The position numbers and the translations under genes were made by a program. 39,315 bases of DNA. Origin: Myxococcota bacterium. Its GTDB lineage: Bacteria; Myxococcota_A; Polyangia; Polyangiales; Sandaracinaceae. This document shows, in pieces, positions 27,990 through 36,214 of the stretch (its first letter is position 1; every line of letters begins with the position of its first letter). The stretch covers positions 1 through 39,315 of the forward strand of contig JAYZQJ010000028.1 of assembly GCA_036149055.1 (NCBI GenBank), read 5' to 3'. The notes below the pieces were generated by a model, which did not search any database, had not been told where the DNA came from, and saw only the letters and a list, made by a program, of their open reading frames with translations.

Positions 27990-28670
27990 ATGCGCTTCGG
28001 CCTCCTCCAGATGGCGCTCGGCGTCGCGCTGATGTCCGCGGGCCCGCTCTTCGGCGGCCCGCTCTGGCTGCTCGCGTGGCCGGGCGTCAGCGTGTTCTAC
28101 GTCGGCTGCGGCTACCTCGGCCTCGGGCCCGCGGTGTTCGGCAAGGACGCGCGGCTCGGGCGGCTCACGCCCTGGCGGCTCGCGCTCGTCGGCCCCTACC
28201 TCGCGGTCGCCTGGACGCTCTGGCAGCTCAAGAGCCGGCTCTTCGGCGAGCGCGCCCACGACGAGGTCGCCCCCGGCATCCTGGTCGGCCGGCGCCCGAT
28301 CTCGGCCCGCGAGCTGCCCGAGGGCGCGCGGCTGGTGGTCGATCTCACCAGCGAGTTCCCGCGCTCCTCGTGGACGTCGAGCGTGGAGCGCTACGTCTGC
28401 GTGCCCACCCTCGACACCGCGGCGCCCACCGAGCGCGAGCTCCGCGCCCTCGTCGACGAGCTCGCCGAGGAGGCCGGCCCGATCTTCGTGCACTGCGCGA
28501 TGGGCCACGGCCGCAGCGCCACCTTCGCCGCCGCGCTGATCATCCGCCGCGGCCTCGCCCGCGACGTCGACGAAGCCGTCGCCCTCATGAAGCGCGCGCG
28601 CCCCGGGGTGCACCTGCACGCCGGCCAGCGCAGCGTCGTCGCCCGCCTCGCCTCGGAGAAGACCCCGTGA
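27990..28670 (+). CDS. Membrane-anchored dual-specificity phosphatase family protein
   Basis: HCAMGHGRS (CX5R) P-loop, N-terminal TM segments. Confidence 0.85.
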   Translation: MRFGLLQMALGVALMSAGPLFGGPLWLLAWPGVSVFYVGCGYLGLGPAVFGKDARLGRLTPWRLALVGPYLAVAWTLWQLKSRLFGERAHDEVAPGILVGRRPISARELPEGARLVVDLTSEFPRSSWTSSVERYVCVPTLDTAAPTERELRALVDELAEEAGPIFVHCAMGHGRSATFAAALIIRRGLARDVDEAVALMKRARPGVHLHAGQRSVVARLASEKTP

Positions 28671-29242
28671 CCCTGCTCAAGATCGCGCAGATCGGACACC
28701 CCGTGCTCCGCCAGCCCGCGGCGGAGGTGACGGCCCAGCAGCTCCAGTCGCAGGAGGTGCAGACCTTCATCGACGACCTCGTCGAGACGATGCGCGACGC
28801 GCAGGGCGCCGGCCTCGCGGCCAACCAGGTGCACGTGCCCTTGCGCATCTGCGCCATCGAGGTGAAGGACAACCCGCGCTACCCCTACAAGCCGAACATC
28901 CCGCTCACCGTGCTCGTGAACCCGAAGCTCACGCCGCTCTCGGACGAGACGTTCGAGAACTACGAGGGCTGCCTGAGCGTGCCCGACCTGCGCGGCGTGG
29001 TGCGGCGACACGCGGAGCTGAAGGTCGAGGCGTGGGACCGCTTCGGCGACCCGATCGACGCGGTGATGCGCGGCGTCACCGCGGGCACCTTCCAGCACGA
29101 GTGCGACCACCTCGACGGCAAGCTCTTCCTCGACCGCGTCGAGGATCCGACGACGCTCTGCACGTGGAAGGAGTTCGGCCGCCAGCACGAGGCGGCGTTC
29201 CGCGAGCGGGTGATCGCGCTCGTCGAGAAGTGGGGCTCGTGA
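28667..29242 (+). CDS. def: Peptide deformylase
   Basis: GAGLAANQV, EGCLS, QHECDHLDG. GTGA overlap with the upstream gene. Confidence 0.93.
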   Translation: MTLLKIAQIGHPVLRQPAAEVTAQQLQSQEVQTFIDDLVETMRDAQGAGLAANQVHVPLRICAIEVKDNPRYPYKPNIPLTVLVNPKLTPLSDETFENYEGCLSVPDLRGVVRRHAELKVEAWDRFGDPIDAVMRGVTAGTFQHECDHLDGKLFLDRVEDPTTLCTWKEFGRQHEAAFRERVIALVEKWGS

Positions 29243-29781
29243 GCGGCTCCATCGTCGCCGTCTGCGCCCGCGCGGGTCACGGCGTCGGCAAGGACGTGCT
29301 CCCCGAGATCACGCTGCGGGCCGATCACGGCGTCGTCGGCGACGCCCACGCGAGCGCCACCGTCCAGCACCTCTCGCGCGTCCGCAAGGACGCGTCGCAG
29401 CCGAACCTGCGTCAGGTGCACCTGATGCACGAGGCGCTCCACACCCGGCTGCGCGCCGAGGGCTTCGACGTCGGCCCGGGCACCCTGGGCGAGAACGTGC
29501 TGACTCGCGGCGTCGATCTCCTCGCGCTGCCGACCGGCGCCGCGCTGCGCCTCGGCGCGAGCGCGATCGTGACCCTCACCGGTCTCCGCAACCCGTGCGT
29601 CCAGCTCGACGCGCTCCAGCCGGGCCTGATGAAGGCGGTGCTCGACCGCGACGAGGACGGCGCGCTCGTGCGGCTCGCGGGGGTGATGGGGGTGGTGACC
29701 CGCGGCGGCGCCGTGCGCCCGGGCGACCCGGTCGAGATCACGCTCCCGGCGGCGCCACACCGGCGGCTGGAGCCGGTCTGA
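29239..29781 (+). CDS. MOSC domain protein
   Basis: GVVGDAH, RQVHL, GENVLT, LRNPC, GVMGVV..GG.V.PGD. GTGA overlap. Confidence 0.88.
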   Translation: MSGSIVAVCARAGHGVGKDVLPEITLRADHGVVGDAHASATVQHLSRVRKDASQPNLRQVHLMHEALHTRLRAEGFDVGPGTLGENVLTRGVDLLALPTGAALRLGASAIVTLTGLRNPCVQLDALQPGLMKAVLDRDEDGALVRLAGVMGVVTRGGAVRPGDPVEITLPAAPHRRLEPV

Positions 29782-30409
29782 TCTTCGCGCGCCCCCGCTC
29801 CACCCACCAGGCGCCGGCGGTGGCGAGCGCGTAGACGGCGAAGGCGCTCGGCGCGAGGGCCGCGTCGCTCTCGGGGGCCGGCACGACGAAGTCGCCGAGC
29901 AGCTGCACGCCCACCAGCCCGACGGTGAAGACCCAGAGCCGACGGGCGTGCGCCCACCCCCGCGCGAGGTAGGCGGAGGCGGCGACGACGAGCCCGAGCT
30001 CGATCCCGGTCGCGAGCAGCGGCCACCGCCAGAGGCCGAGCCCGACCGACGGCTCCTGCGCGAGCCCGACCGGGAGGTCGGGGACGTGGACCAGGAGATC
30101 GGTCAGCCAGTGCGACGCGACGGCGACGCCGAGCGCGACCCCCTCGCGGGGCCGCCGGATCGCCCAGCCCACCGCGGCGCACACCGCGAAGTACACCGCG
30201 GTCATCAGCAGCGAGTGCGACCAGACCCCGTCGGTGACGATCAGCCGCGGGTGACGCCCCGGCTCGACGCTCGCGCTCTCCACCCCGGCGAGCACGAGGC
30301 CGAAGAAGAGCACGTCGACCGCCTGCACGCCGAGCACGAGGGCCCAGAGCGGCCGGCGGCCGGAGTGGGGGCGCGCGGCGAGCGCCGGCGCGTAGTGTCC
30401 GACGAGCAC
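29738..30409 (-). CDS. Membrane-bound metal-dependent hydrolase-like protein
   Basis: GHY, D, WSHSL and SHWLTDLLVH metal-ligand pattern within TM segments. Confidence 0.7.
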   Translation of the reverse strand: MLVGHYAPALAARPHSGRRPLWALVLGVQAVDVLFFGLVLAGVESASVEPGRHPRLIVTDGVWSHSLLMTAVYFAVCAAVGWAIRRPREGVALGVAVASHWLTDLLVHVPDLPVGLAQEPSVGLGLWRWPLLATGIELGLVVAASAYLARGWAHARRLWVFTVGLVGVQLLGDFVVPAPESDAALAPSAFAVYALATAGAWWVERGRAKIRPAPAAGVAPPGA

Positions 30410-30411
30410 GT

Positions 30412-31062
30412 TCAGCGCACCGTCGTGATCTCGGCGCGCACGGTGAACGCGCCGAGGCTGCCCGCCGCGTCGTCCCGCACCACCAGCTCGTGGGTCAACG
30501 TGTTCAGCGACATCGCGCTGTCCGAGTCCACGCCCGTGGTGTTCGCGTCCTCGCCGACCACGTGCCGCTGCACGCCCTCGTAGAGGGTGCAGTCGAAGTA
30601 GCCGGCGTTGGCGCCGCCGTAGAGCAGCTGCCCGGCGCAGCGGATCTGCGCGTTGCACCAGAAGGTCCCGTCGGGCAGCGGGTGGCGCACCACGTCGAAG
30701 CTGCAGGTGTCGCCGACCGACACCGACCCGAGGCCGGTCGACTCGGTGACCCGCGCCTCCACGCGCCGGGGCGGATCGGTGGCCGGCGGCGGCGGCGCGG
30801 TGGGCGTGGGCGGTGACGTCGGCGGAGGAGTCGGCGGGACCGGAGTCGGGGTCGGCGGCGTCGGCGGCGGCGTGGGCGGCGGCGTGGGCGGCGGAGTGGG
30901 GAGCTGGGGCGGCGGGCTCACCACCTCCGGCGGGCGCTCGTCGCCCCCGTCCACCAGGAACGCGACCACCGCGGCCGGCACCAGACAGAGCCCCGCGAGG
31001 AACACGACCGCGCAGCCGATCACCGCCCACCGCCAGGGCTCGCGCTCGTCCTTCGCCTCCAT
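30412..31062 (-). CDS. Membrane-anchored Pro/Thr-rich hypothetical protein
   Basis: N-terminal TM, PPPT linker, Cys-containing beta-rich C-terminal domain. Confidence 0.75.
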   Translation of the reverse strand: MEAKDEREPWRWAVIGCAVVFLAGLCLVPAAVVAFLVDGGDERPPEVVSPPPQLPTPPPTPPPTPPPTPPTPTPVPPTPPPTSPPTPTAPPPPATDPPRRVEARVTESTGLGSVSVGDTCSFDVVRHPLPDGTFWCNAQIRCAGQLLYGGANAGYFDCTLYEGVQRHVVGEDANTTGVDSDSAMSLNTLTHELVVRDDAAGSLGAFTVRAEITTVR

Positions 31063-31105
31063 CTGGCGTTGTCATAACCCGTCCGGGAGGGGGTAGCATC
31101 GTGAG

Positions 31106-32569
31106 ATGCGGAGAACGGCTTGGTGGGTGGTCGCGGCGCTCGCGCTCGCGGCCTGCGACGGGGGCGAAGACGCAGACGCGTCGGTGACGGACGACGCGGG
31201 CGCGACGAGCGACGCCGGGCGGCGCGACGGCGGCGAAGACCCGCGGGACGGCGGCGACCTCCCGGACGCGACCGCGCCCGACGCCTCGACCCCGGACGGC
31301 GGCGGGCCGACCGGCTGCGCGCCGCCCGCGCCGTTCGATCTCGGCGTGAGCTACGCCCGCACCCTGCACGTCTCCACCGGCGGCGACGACGCGAACGACG
31401 GCTCGAGCGCCGCCCCGCTCCGCACCATCGCCGCCGCGGCGCGCCTCGCCACGCCCGGCACCCGGGTGCTCGTGGCCGCCGGCACCTACCCCGCCCAGCA
31501 GCTCGGCACGGTCCAGGGCGCGGAGGGCGCGCCGATCGCGTTCGTCGCCGACGGCGAGGTGATCATCGACGCCTCGAGCGGGATCGGCTGGGCGATGCAG
31601 GACGCGGCCTGGGTCGTGGTCGAGGGCTTCACCATCGTCGACGCGATGGTGCACGGCATGAACCTCGACGACGGCGGCGACTACAGCACGCCGGCCCACC
31701 ACCTCGTGCTGCGCGGGCTGACCGTCCGCGACGCGGGGAGCGGCGGCAACAACGACTGCATCAAGATGAGCGGCGTCGACGACTTCTGGCTCATCGACAA
31801 CGAGATCAGCGGCTGCGATCGCGGTGAGGCGGTCGACATGGTCGGCTGCCACCGCGGCGTCATCACCGGCAACCACATCCACGACGTGGTGCAGAACGGC
31901 GTGCAGGCGAAGGGCGGCAGCGCCGACACGCTGATCCACGGCAACCTCTTCGAGGACATCCCGGGCCGCGCGGTGAACGCGGGCGGCTCGACCGGGCTCG
32001 CCTTCTTCCGGCCGAGCGACGCGCCCCACGAGGCGGCGCGCATCCGGGTGCAGTCCAACGTCTTCGTCCGGGTGGGCGCCGAGAGCGGCGCGCCGATCGC
32101 CTACGTCGGCTGCGACGCCTGCGGGTTCGTGAACAACACGGTGGTGGAGCCCCGGACCTGGATCGCGCGCATCCTGCAAGAGAGCACCGACGCCCGCTTC
32201 GTGCCGTCGCGCGACGGGGTCTTCGCAAACAACGTCATCGTGGTGAACACCGCGGACATCCGCACGTGGATCAACGTCGGCGGTGGCACCGCGCCCGAGA
32301 CCTTCACGTTCTCCCACAACCTCTGGTACGCGCTCGACGAGGACGCCTCGTGGTCGGGGCCGACGCTCTCGGGCGGCGTCCCGGCGGAGACCGACCCGAT
32401 CATCCAGCGAGACCCGATGCTGGTCGATCGCGCAGGCGGGGACTTCCGCCTCGCGGCCGGCAGCCCGGCGGAGGGCGCGGGCCGAGCGGAGACCCTGGCC
32501 GGCGATCGGGACGGACGCTGCTACGCCGATCCCCCGTCGCTCGGGGCCTACGAGCGCGCCGCGCCTTGA
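31106..32569 (+). CDS. Right-handed parallel beta-helix (pectin lyase fold, DUF1565-like) lipoprotein
   Basis: LAAC lipobox, HVSTGGDDANDGS.AAPLRTI, Asn-ladder repeats, C-terminal DFRL..GSP. Confidence 0.85.
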   Translation: MRRTAWWVVAALALAACDGGEDADASVTDDAGATSDAGRRDGGEDPRDGGDLPDATAPDASTPDGGGPTGCAPPAPFDLGVSYARTLHVSTGGDDANDGSSAAPLRTIAAAARLATPGTRVLVAAGTYPAQQLGTVQGAEGAPIAFVADGEVIIDASSGIGWAMQDAAWVVVEGFTIVDAMVHGMNLDDGGDYSTPAHHLVLRGLTVRDAGSGGNNDCIKMSGVDDFWLIDNEISGCDRGEAVDMVGCHRGVITGNHIHDVVQNGVQAKGGSADTLIHGNLFEDIPGRAVNAGGSTGLAFFRPSDAPHEAARIRVQSNVFVRVGAESGAPIAYVGCDACGFVNNTVVEPRTWIARILQESTDARFVPSRDGVFANNVIVVNTADIRTWINVGGGTAPETFTFSHNLWYALDEDASWSGPTLSGGVPAETDPIIQRDPMLVDRAGGDFRLAAGSPAEGAGRAETLAGDRDGRCYADPPSLGAYERAAP

Positions 32570-32600
32570 CGACTCGCGCGACGCGCCACACGCTCCGATC

Positions 32601-32672
32601 GTGAGCGCGTCTCGCAGCACCACCACGACCGCCATCCGCTCCTGCGGAGGCCCGGTCGTGCGCGCGCGCTAG
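32601..32672 (+). CDS. Putative Thr-rich attenuator leader peptide MSASRSTTTTAIRSCGGPVVRAR
   Basis: GTG start, four consecutive Thr codons (ACC ACC ACG ACC), about 100 nt upstream of thrS. Confidence 0.7.
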   Translation: MSASRSTTTTAIRSCGGPVVRAR

Positions 32673-32772
32673 CGCTCTCATCCACTACCCACGACCACGA
32701 GCCCCGCCGGAGCCCCGAGCGGGGCTCGCGCGATCGCGGTCTCCGCCGAGGTGTCCGGCACCACGGAGACCG
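32619..32772 (+). promoter_or_regulatory. Ribosome-mediated (probably translational) attenuator of thrS
   Basis: Alternative pairings 32624-31/32653-60 and 32654-60/32690-96, 10-bp hairpin 32698-32728, 9-bp stem 32737-45/32764-72 covering the GGAG SD. Confidence 0.65.
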
Positions 32773-32774
32773 AC

Positions 32775-33944
32775 ATGCAACTCGATTCACACGACCACCG
32801 CGCGCTCGGCGAGCGCCTCGACCTCTTCCACTTCGCGCCCGAGGCGCCGGGCATGGTGTACTGGCACCCGCGCGGCTGGGCCGCCTACCGCGCCCTCGAG
32901 GAGGAGGTGCGGCGGCGGCTGCGCCGCGAGGGCTTCGAGGAGGTCCGCACGCCGCAGCTGATGCGCCGCGAGGTCTGGGAGCGGAGCGGACACTGGGACC
33001 AGTTCCCCGAGGGCCTCTTCACGCTCGGGGACGCGGCGCTCAAGCCGGTCAACTGCCCCGGGCACCTCGCGCTCGCCGCGCGGCGCAGCCTCTCGTGGCG
33101 CGACCTCCCGCTCCGCTACGCCGAGCTCGGCCTGGTGCATCGCGACGAGCCGAGCGGCGCCCTGCACGGCCTCTTCCGGCTGCGCCAGTTCACGCAGGAC
33201 GACGGGCACATCCTCCTGCCGGAACAGAGCGTCCCGGCCGAGGTCGAGCGTTTCCTCGACTCGCTGGCGGGGTTCTACCGCCGCGTCGGCTTCGACGAGA
33301 TCGGCTACGCGTTCTCGACGCGCCCCGCGGCCCGGGCCGGGAGCGACGCGCAGTGGGATCGCGCCGAGGCCGCGCTGCGCGCCGCGCTCGGAGATCGCGA
33401 GCACGCCCTGCAGCCCGGTGAGGGCGCCTTCTACGGCCCGAAGATCGAGCTCGTGCTGCGCGACCGGCTCGGGAGGCGATGGCAGTGCGGCACGATCCAG
33501 CTCGACCTCGTGCTCCCCGAGCGCTTCGGCGTCCGGTACGCGGACGGGCGCGGCGAGCGGGGCGCGCCGGCGATGCTGCACCGGGCCATGCTCGGCAGCC
33601 TCGAGCGCTTCTTCGGCATCTTGCTCGAGCACCACGCCGGGCGCCTCCCCGGCTGGCTCGCGCCCGAGCAGGTCGTCGTGCTGCCGGTCTCGGACGCCGC
33701 CCTCCCCTGGGCCCGCGAGGTCCGCCAGCGACTCGTCGACGCCGGGCTGCGCGCTCGCCTCGACGACCGCCCGGAGAGTCTCGCGAAGCGCGTCCGCGAA
33801 GCCCACGCGCTCTTCTTTCCCCACGTCGCGGTCGTCGGCGAGCGCGAGCAGCGCGACCGCCGCGTCTCGCTGCGAGACCACGGCCCAGACGCGCTCTCGC
33901 TCGACGGCGCGATCGCCGCCATGCGCCGAGCCTGCGCGCCCTGA
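32775..33944 (+). CDS. thrS: Threonyl-tRNA synthetase, short form lacking the N-terminal TGS/editing domains
   Basis: DHRALG, SGHW, KPVNCPGH, FTQDDGH, GEGAFYGPKI, QCGTIQLD, LHRAMLGSLERF and anticodon domain. 389 aa. Confidence 0.93.
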   Translation: MQLDSHDHRALGERLDLFHFAPEAPGMVYWHPRGWAAYRALEEEVRRRLRREGFEEVRTPQLMRREVWERSGHWDQFPEGLFTLGDAALKPVNCPGHLALAARRSLSWRDLPLRYAELGLVHRDEPSGALHGLFRLRQFTQDDGHILLPEQSVPAEVERFLDSLAGFYRRVGFDEIGYAFSTRPAARAGSDAQWDRAEAALRAALGDREHALQPGEGAFYGPKIELVLRDRLGRRWQCGTIQLDLVLPERFGVRYADGRGERGAPAMLHRAMLGSLERFFGILLEHHAGRLPGWLAPEQVVVLPVSDAALPWAREVRQRLVDAGLRARLDDRPESLAKRVREAHALFFPHVAVVGEREQRDRRVSLRDHGPDALSLDGAIAAMRRACAP

Positions 33945-33946
33945 CG

Positions 33947-35083
33947 TCAGAACACGCGCGGCGCCTCGGGCGGCGCGGGATCGAGGCGCCGCTCGATCCC
34001 GCGCGCGGCGAGCGCGAGGGTGAGCGCCACGGTGGCCGCGAAGGCCACGACCACCGCGCCGTGATCCGCGAGGGGCGCGCCGTCTCGCCCGAGCGCGACG
34101 AGCCCGCGGCGCGCCAGCATCACGACGAGCAGCCCGAGCGCCGCGCGCCGGGGCGTCGCGTCGTGCACGACCCACGCGTAGAGCACGAGGCCCGCCGCGG
34201 TGCGCCCCACCCCCTCCGCCGCGCCGAGGACGAGCTGCACCGCGGAGGGCGCCGCGAGCGCCAGCGGGACGACGCCGAGGATCGAGGCGAGCACGAGCGC
34301 CGCGCCGAGGCGCAGCGCGGAGCTCCCCGGCCGCGCTCGCTCCAGGGCGAGCAACACCGGCGCGCCGAGCAGCGTGGTCAGCGTGGAGGTCACCGCCCAG
34401 ACCATCGCGCCCTCGGCGGCGATCCCCGGCGTATGGAGCAGGCTCAGGCCCGCGAGGACGGTGACCGCGGCGCTCGCGAGGAGCGCCAGCGCCGCCACCG
34501 CGCCGCGGCCCACCACCTGCGCCCGGCCGGCCGGGGCGAGCTCTCGCGCTGGCCCGCGATCGAGGAGCGCACAGCCCGCCGCCGCGAGCGCGAGCGCCGC
34601 CACGGCCCCGCCCGCGAGCGGGGACTCCGCCGCCTTCATCACCGCCTCGGCGCCCACCGCCCCGGCGAGGTGGCCGAGCGCGATCGCGACGCTGGCGCCG
34701 AAGAACGCGGCCGCGCAGCGGAGCAGGCGCTCGGCGCGCAGGCGGTCCGCGATCCACACCCAGGTGGCCAGCGCGCAGACCCCGTGCGCGTACGTCCCGA
34801 GCGCGGTGGCGAACAGCGGCGCGCCGAGCGCGAGCGCGGCGCCTCCCGCGACCGTGGCGCCCGCCCCGAAGGCGAACGCCGTGCGAGGACGGGCGCGGGC
34901 GCAGAGGAGCGCCGCCATGCCCCACCCCAGCGGCTCCAGCGCGCCCACGAGCTCCCAGGCCGAGACTCCGGGGGCCGGCTCGAAGCGCCGGAGCGTCGCG
35001 GCGATGCCCAGGATCGGCGCGGCGACCCGCTCCAGGACCAGCGCCGCGGCGAGCGCGACCCAGGGCTGCCAGCGCTTCGCCAT
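33947..35083 (-). CDS. Multi-pass membrane protein (MFS-like)
   Basis: About 11-12 Ala/Leu-rich hydrophobic segments, start MAKRWQPW. Confidence 0.6.
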   Translation of the reverse strand: MAKRWQPWVALAAALVLERVAAPILGIAATLRRFEPAPGVSAWELVGALEPLGWGMAALLCARARPRTAFAFGAGATVAGGAALALGAPLFATALGTYAHGVCALATWVWIADRLRAERLLRCAAAFFGASVAIALGHLAGAVGAEAVMKAAESPLAGGAVAALALAAAGCALLDRGPARELAPAGRAQVVGRGAVAALALLASAAVTVLAGLSLLHTPGIAAEGAMVWAVTSTLTTLLGAPVLLALERARPGSSALRLGAALVLASILGVVPLALAAPSAVQLVLGAAEGVGRTAAGLVLYAWVVHDATPRRAALGLLVVMLARRGLVALGRDGAPLADHGAVVVAFAATVALTLALAARGIERRLDPAPPEAPRVF

Positions 35084-35114
35084 CGCCGGCCACGATGGCA
35101 TGCTCGCGGGGCCC

Positions 35115-35513
35115 ATGGGGAAGAAAAGCAAGAAGGATCGCGGCGTCGACACGGGCGGCGCGGACGCGCTGAAGCACAACCCGTTCGCGGCGCTCGGCGG
35201 CGGCCTCGACCTCCCGGCCGGGCCCGAGGAGGCGGCGCCGGTCGAGACGCCGGAGCCCGAGGCGGGGCCGATCCGGCTGCCGGGCAAGCTGGTCGTGCGG
35301 CGCGAGAAGAAGGGGCGCGGAGGCAAGACCGTCACCCGGGTGAGCGGGCTGCCGGAGGCGCACCGCGAGGCCCTCGCCGCCCGGATGAAGAAGGCGCTGG
35401 GCTGCGGCGCGGCGCACGAAGAGGACGACGTCATCTTGCTCGGCGACGTGGTCGACCGGGCCGCCGACTGGCTCGAGGCGGAGGGCGCCAAGCGCGTGTC
35501 GCGCGGCAAGTGA
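35115..35513 (+). CDS. SUI1/YciH family translation initiation factor
   Basis: RREKKGRGGKTVT.V.GL, KKALGCG, LLGD. Confidence 0.88.
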   Translation: MGKKSKKDRGVDTGGADALKHNPFAALGGGLDLPAGPEEAAPVETPEPEAGPIRLPGKLVVRREKKGRGGKTVTRVSGLPEAHREALAARMKKALGCGAAHEEDDVILLGDVVDRAADWLEAEGAKRVSRGK

Positions 35514-35545
35514 CAAACCCACGGCGGGGCCCCAGGGTTGTCGCC

Positions 35546-36214
35546 ATGGACCTCGATCCCCGGAGCCTCAGCGCCGTCGAGCGCTACAAGATCCTCGCCG
35601 GCTGCGTCACCCCGCGCCCGATCGCGTTCGTCTCCAGCGTCTCGCCCGACGGCGTCGTGAACCTCGCGCCGTTCTCGTTCTTCAACGGCGTCGGCGCGGA
35701 CCCGATGGTGCTCGTCTTCTCGCCGCTGACCATGAAGGACGGCGACAAGGACACCCTGCGCAACGTGGCGCCGCCGGACGAGGGGGGCACCGGGGAGATG
35801 GTGGTGCACGTCGCCGTCGAGTCGTACTTCCGCGAGATGGCCGCCTGCGCGGAGGACCTCCCGCCCGGCGAGAGCGAGCTGGACATGGTCGGGCTCGCGT
35901 CGGCGCCGAGCAAGGTCGTGAAGCCGCCGCGGCTCGTCGACGCGCCGGTCGCGTTCGAGTGTCGTACCCTGCAGATCGTGCGCACCAACCCTGGCCAGCC
36001 GATGTCGGGCAACCTCGTGATCGCCGAGGTCGTGCACGTGTGGCTCGCCGACGGGCTCGCCAACGAGCGCTGGCACGTCGACCAGGACCGGCTGCGCACG
36101 GTCGGCCGGCTCGGCGGGCCGAGCTACTGCCTGACGCGGGACCGCTTCGACTTCGTGCGCGGCCGCGAGGCGCTGAGCGCGCCGCTGCCGTTCACGCCGG
36201 AGGACGAGGAGTGA
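35546..36214 (+). CDS. Flavin reductase family (FMN-binding split barrel) protein
   Basis: PRPIAFVSS, NLAPFSFFN, KDTLRN, GRLGG..Y. Confidence 0.88.
   Translation: MDLDPRSLSAVERYKILAGCVTPRPIAFVSSVSPDGVVNLAPFSFFNGVGADPMVLVFSPLTMKDGDKDTLRNVAPPDEGGTGEMVVHVAVESYFREMAACAEDLPPGESELDMVGLASAPSKVVKPPRLVDAPVAFECRTLQIVRTNPGQPMSGNLVIAEVVHVWLADGLANERWHVDQDRLRTVGRLGGPSYCLTRDRFDFVRGREALSAPLPFTPEDEE

Noticed and set aside
30780..30920. GGCGGCGGCGTG-like tandem repeats
   Set aside because: Explained by the Pro/Thr linker of the 30412-31062 protein.
32698..32728. Intrinsic terminator upstream of thrS
   Set aside because: Strong hairpin but no U-tract, so it is treated as part of the attenuator instead.
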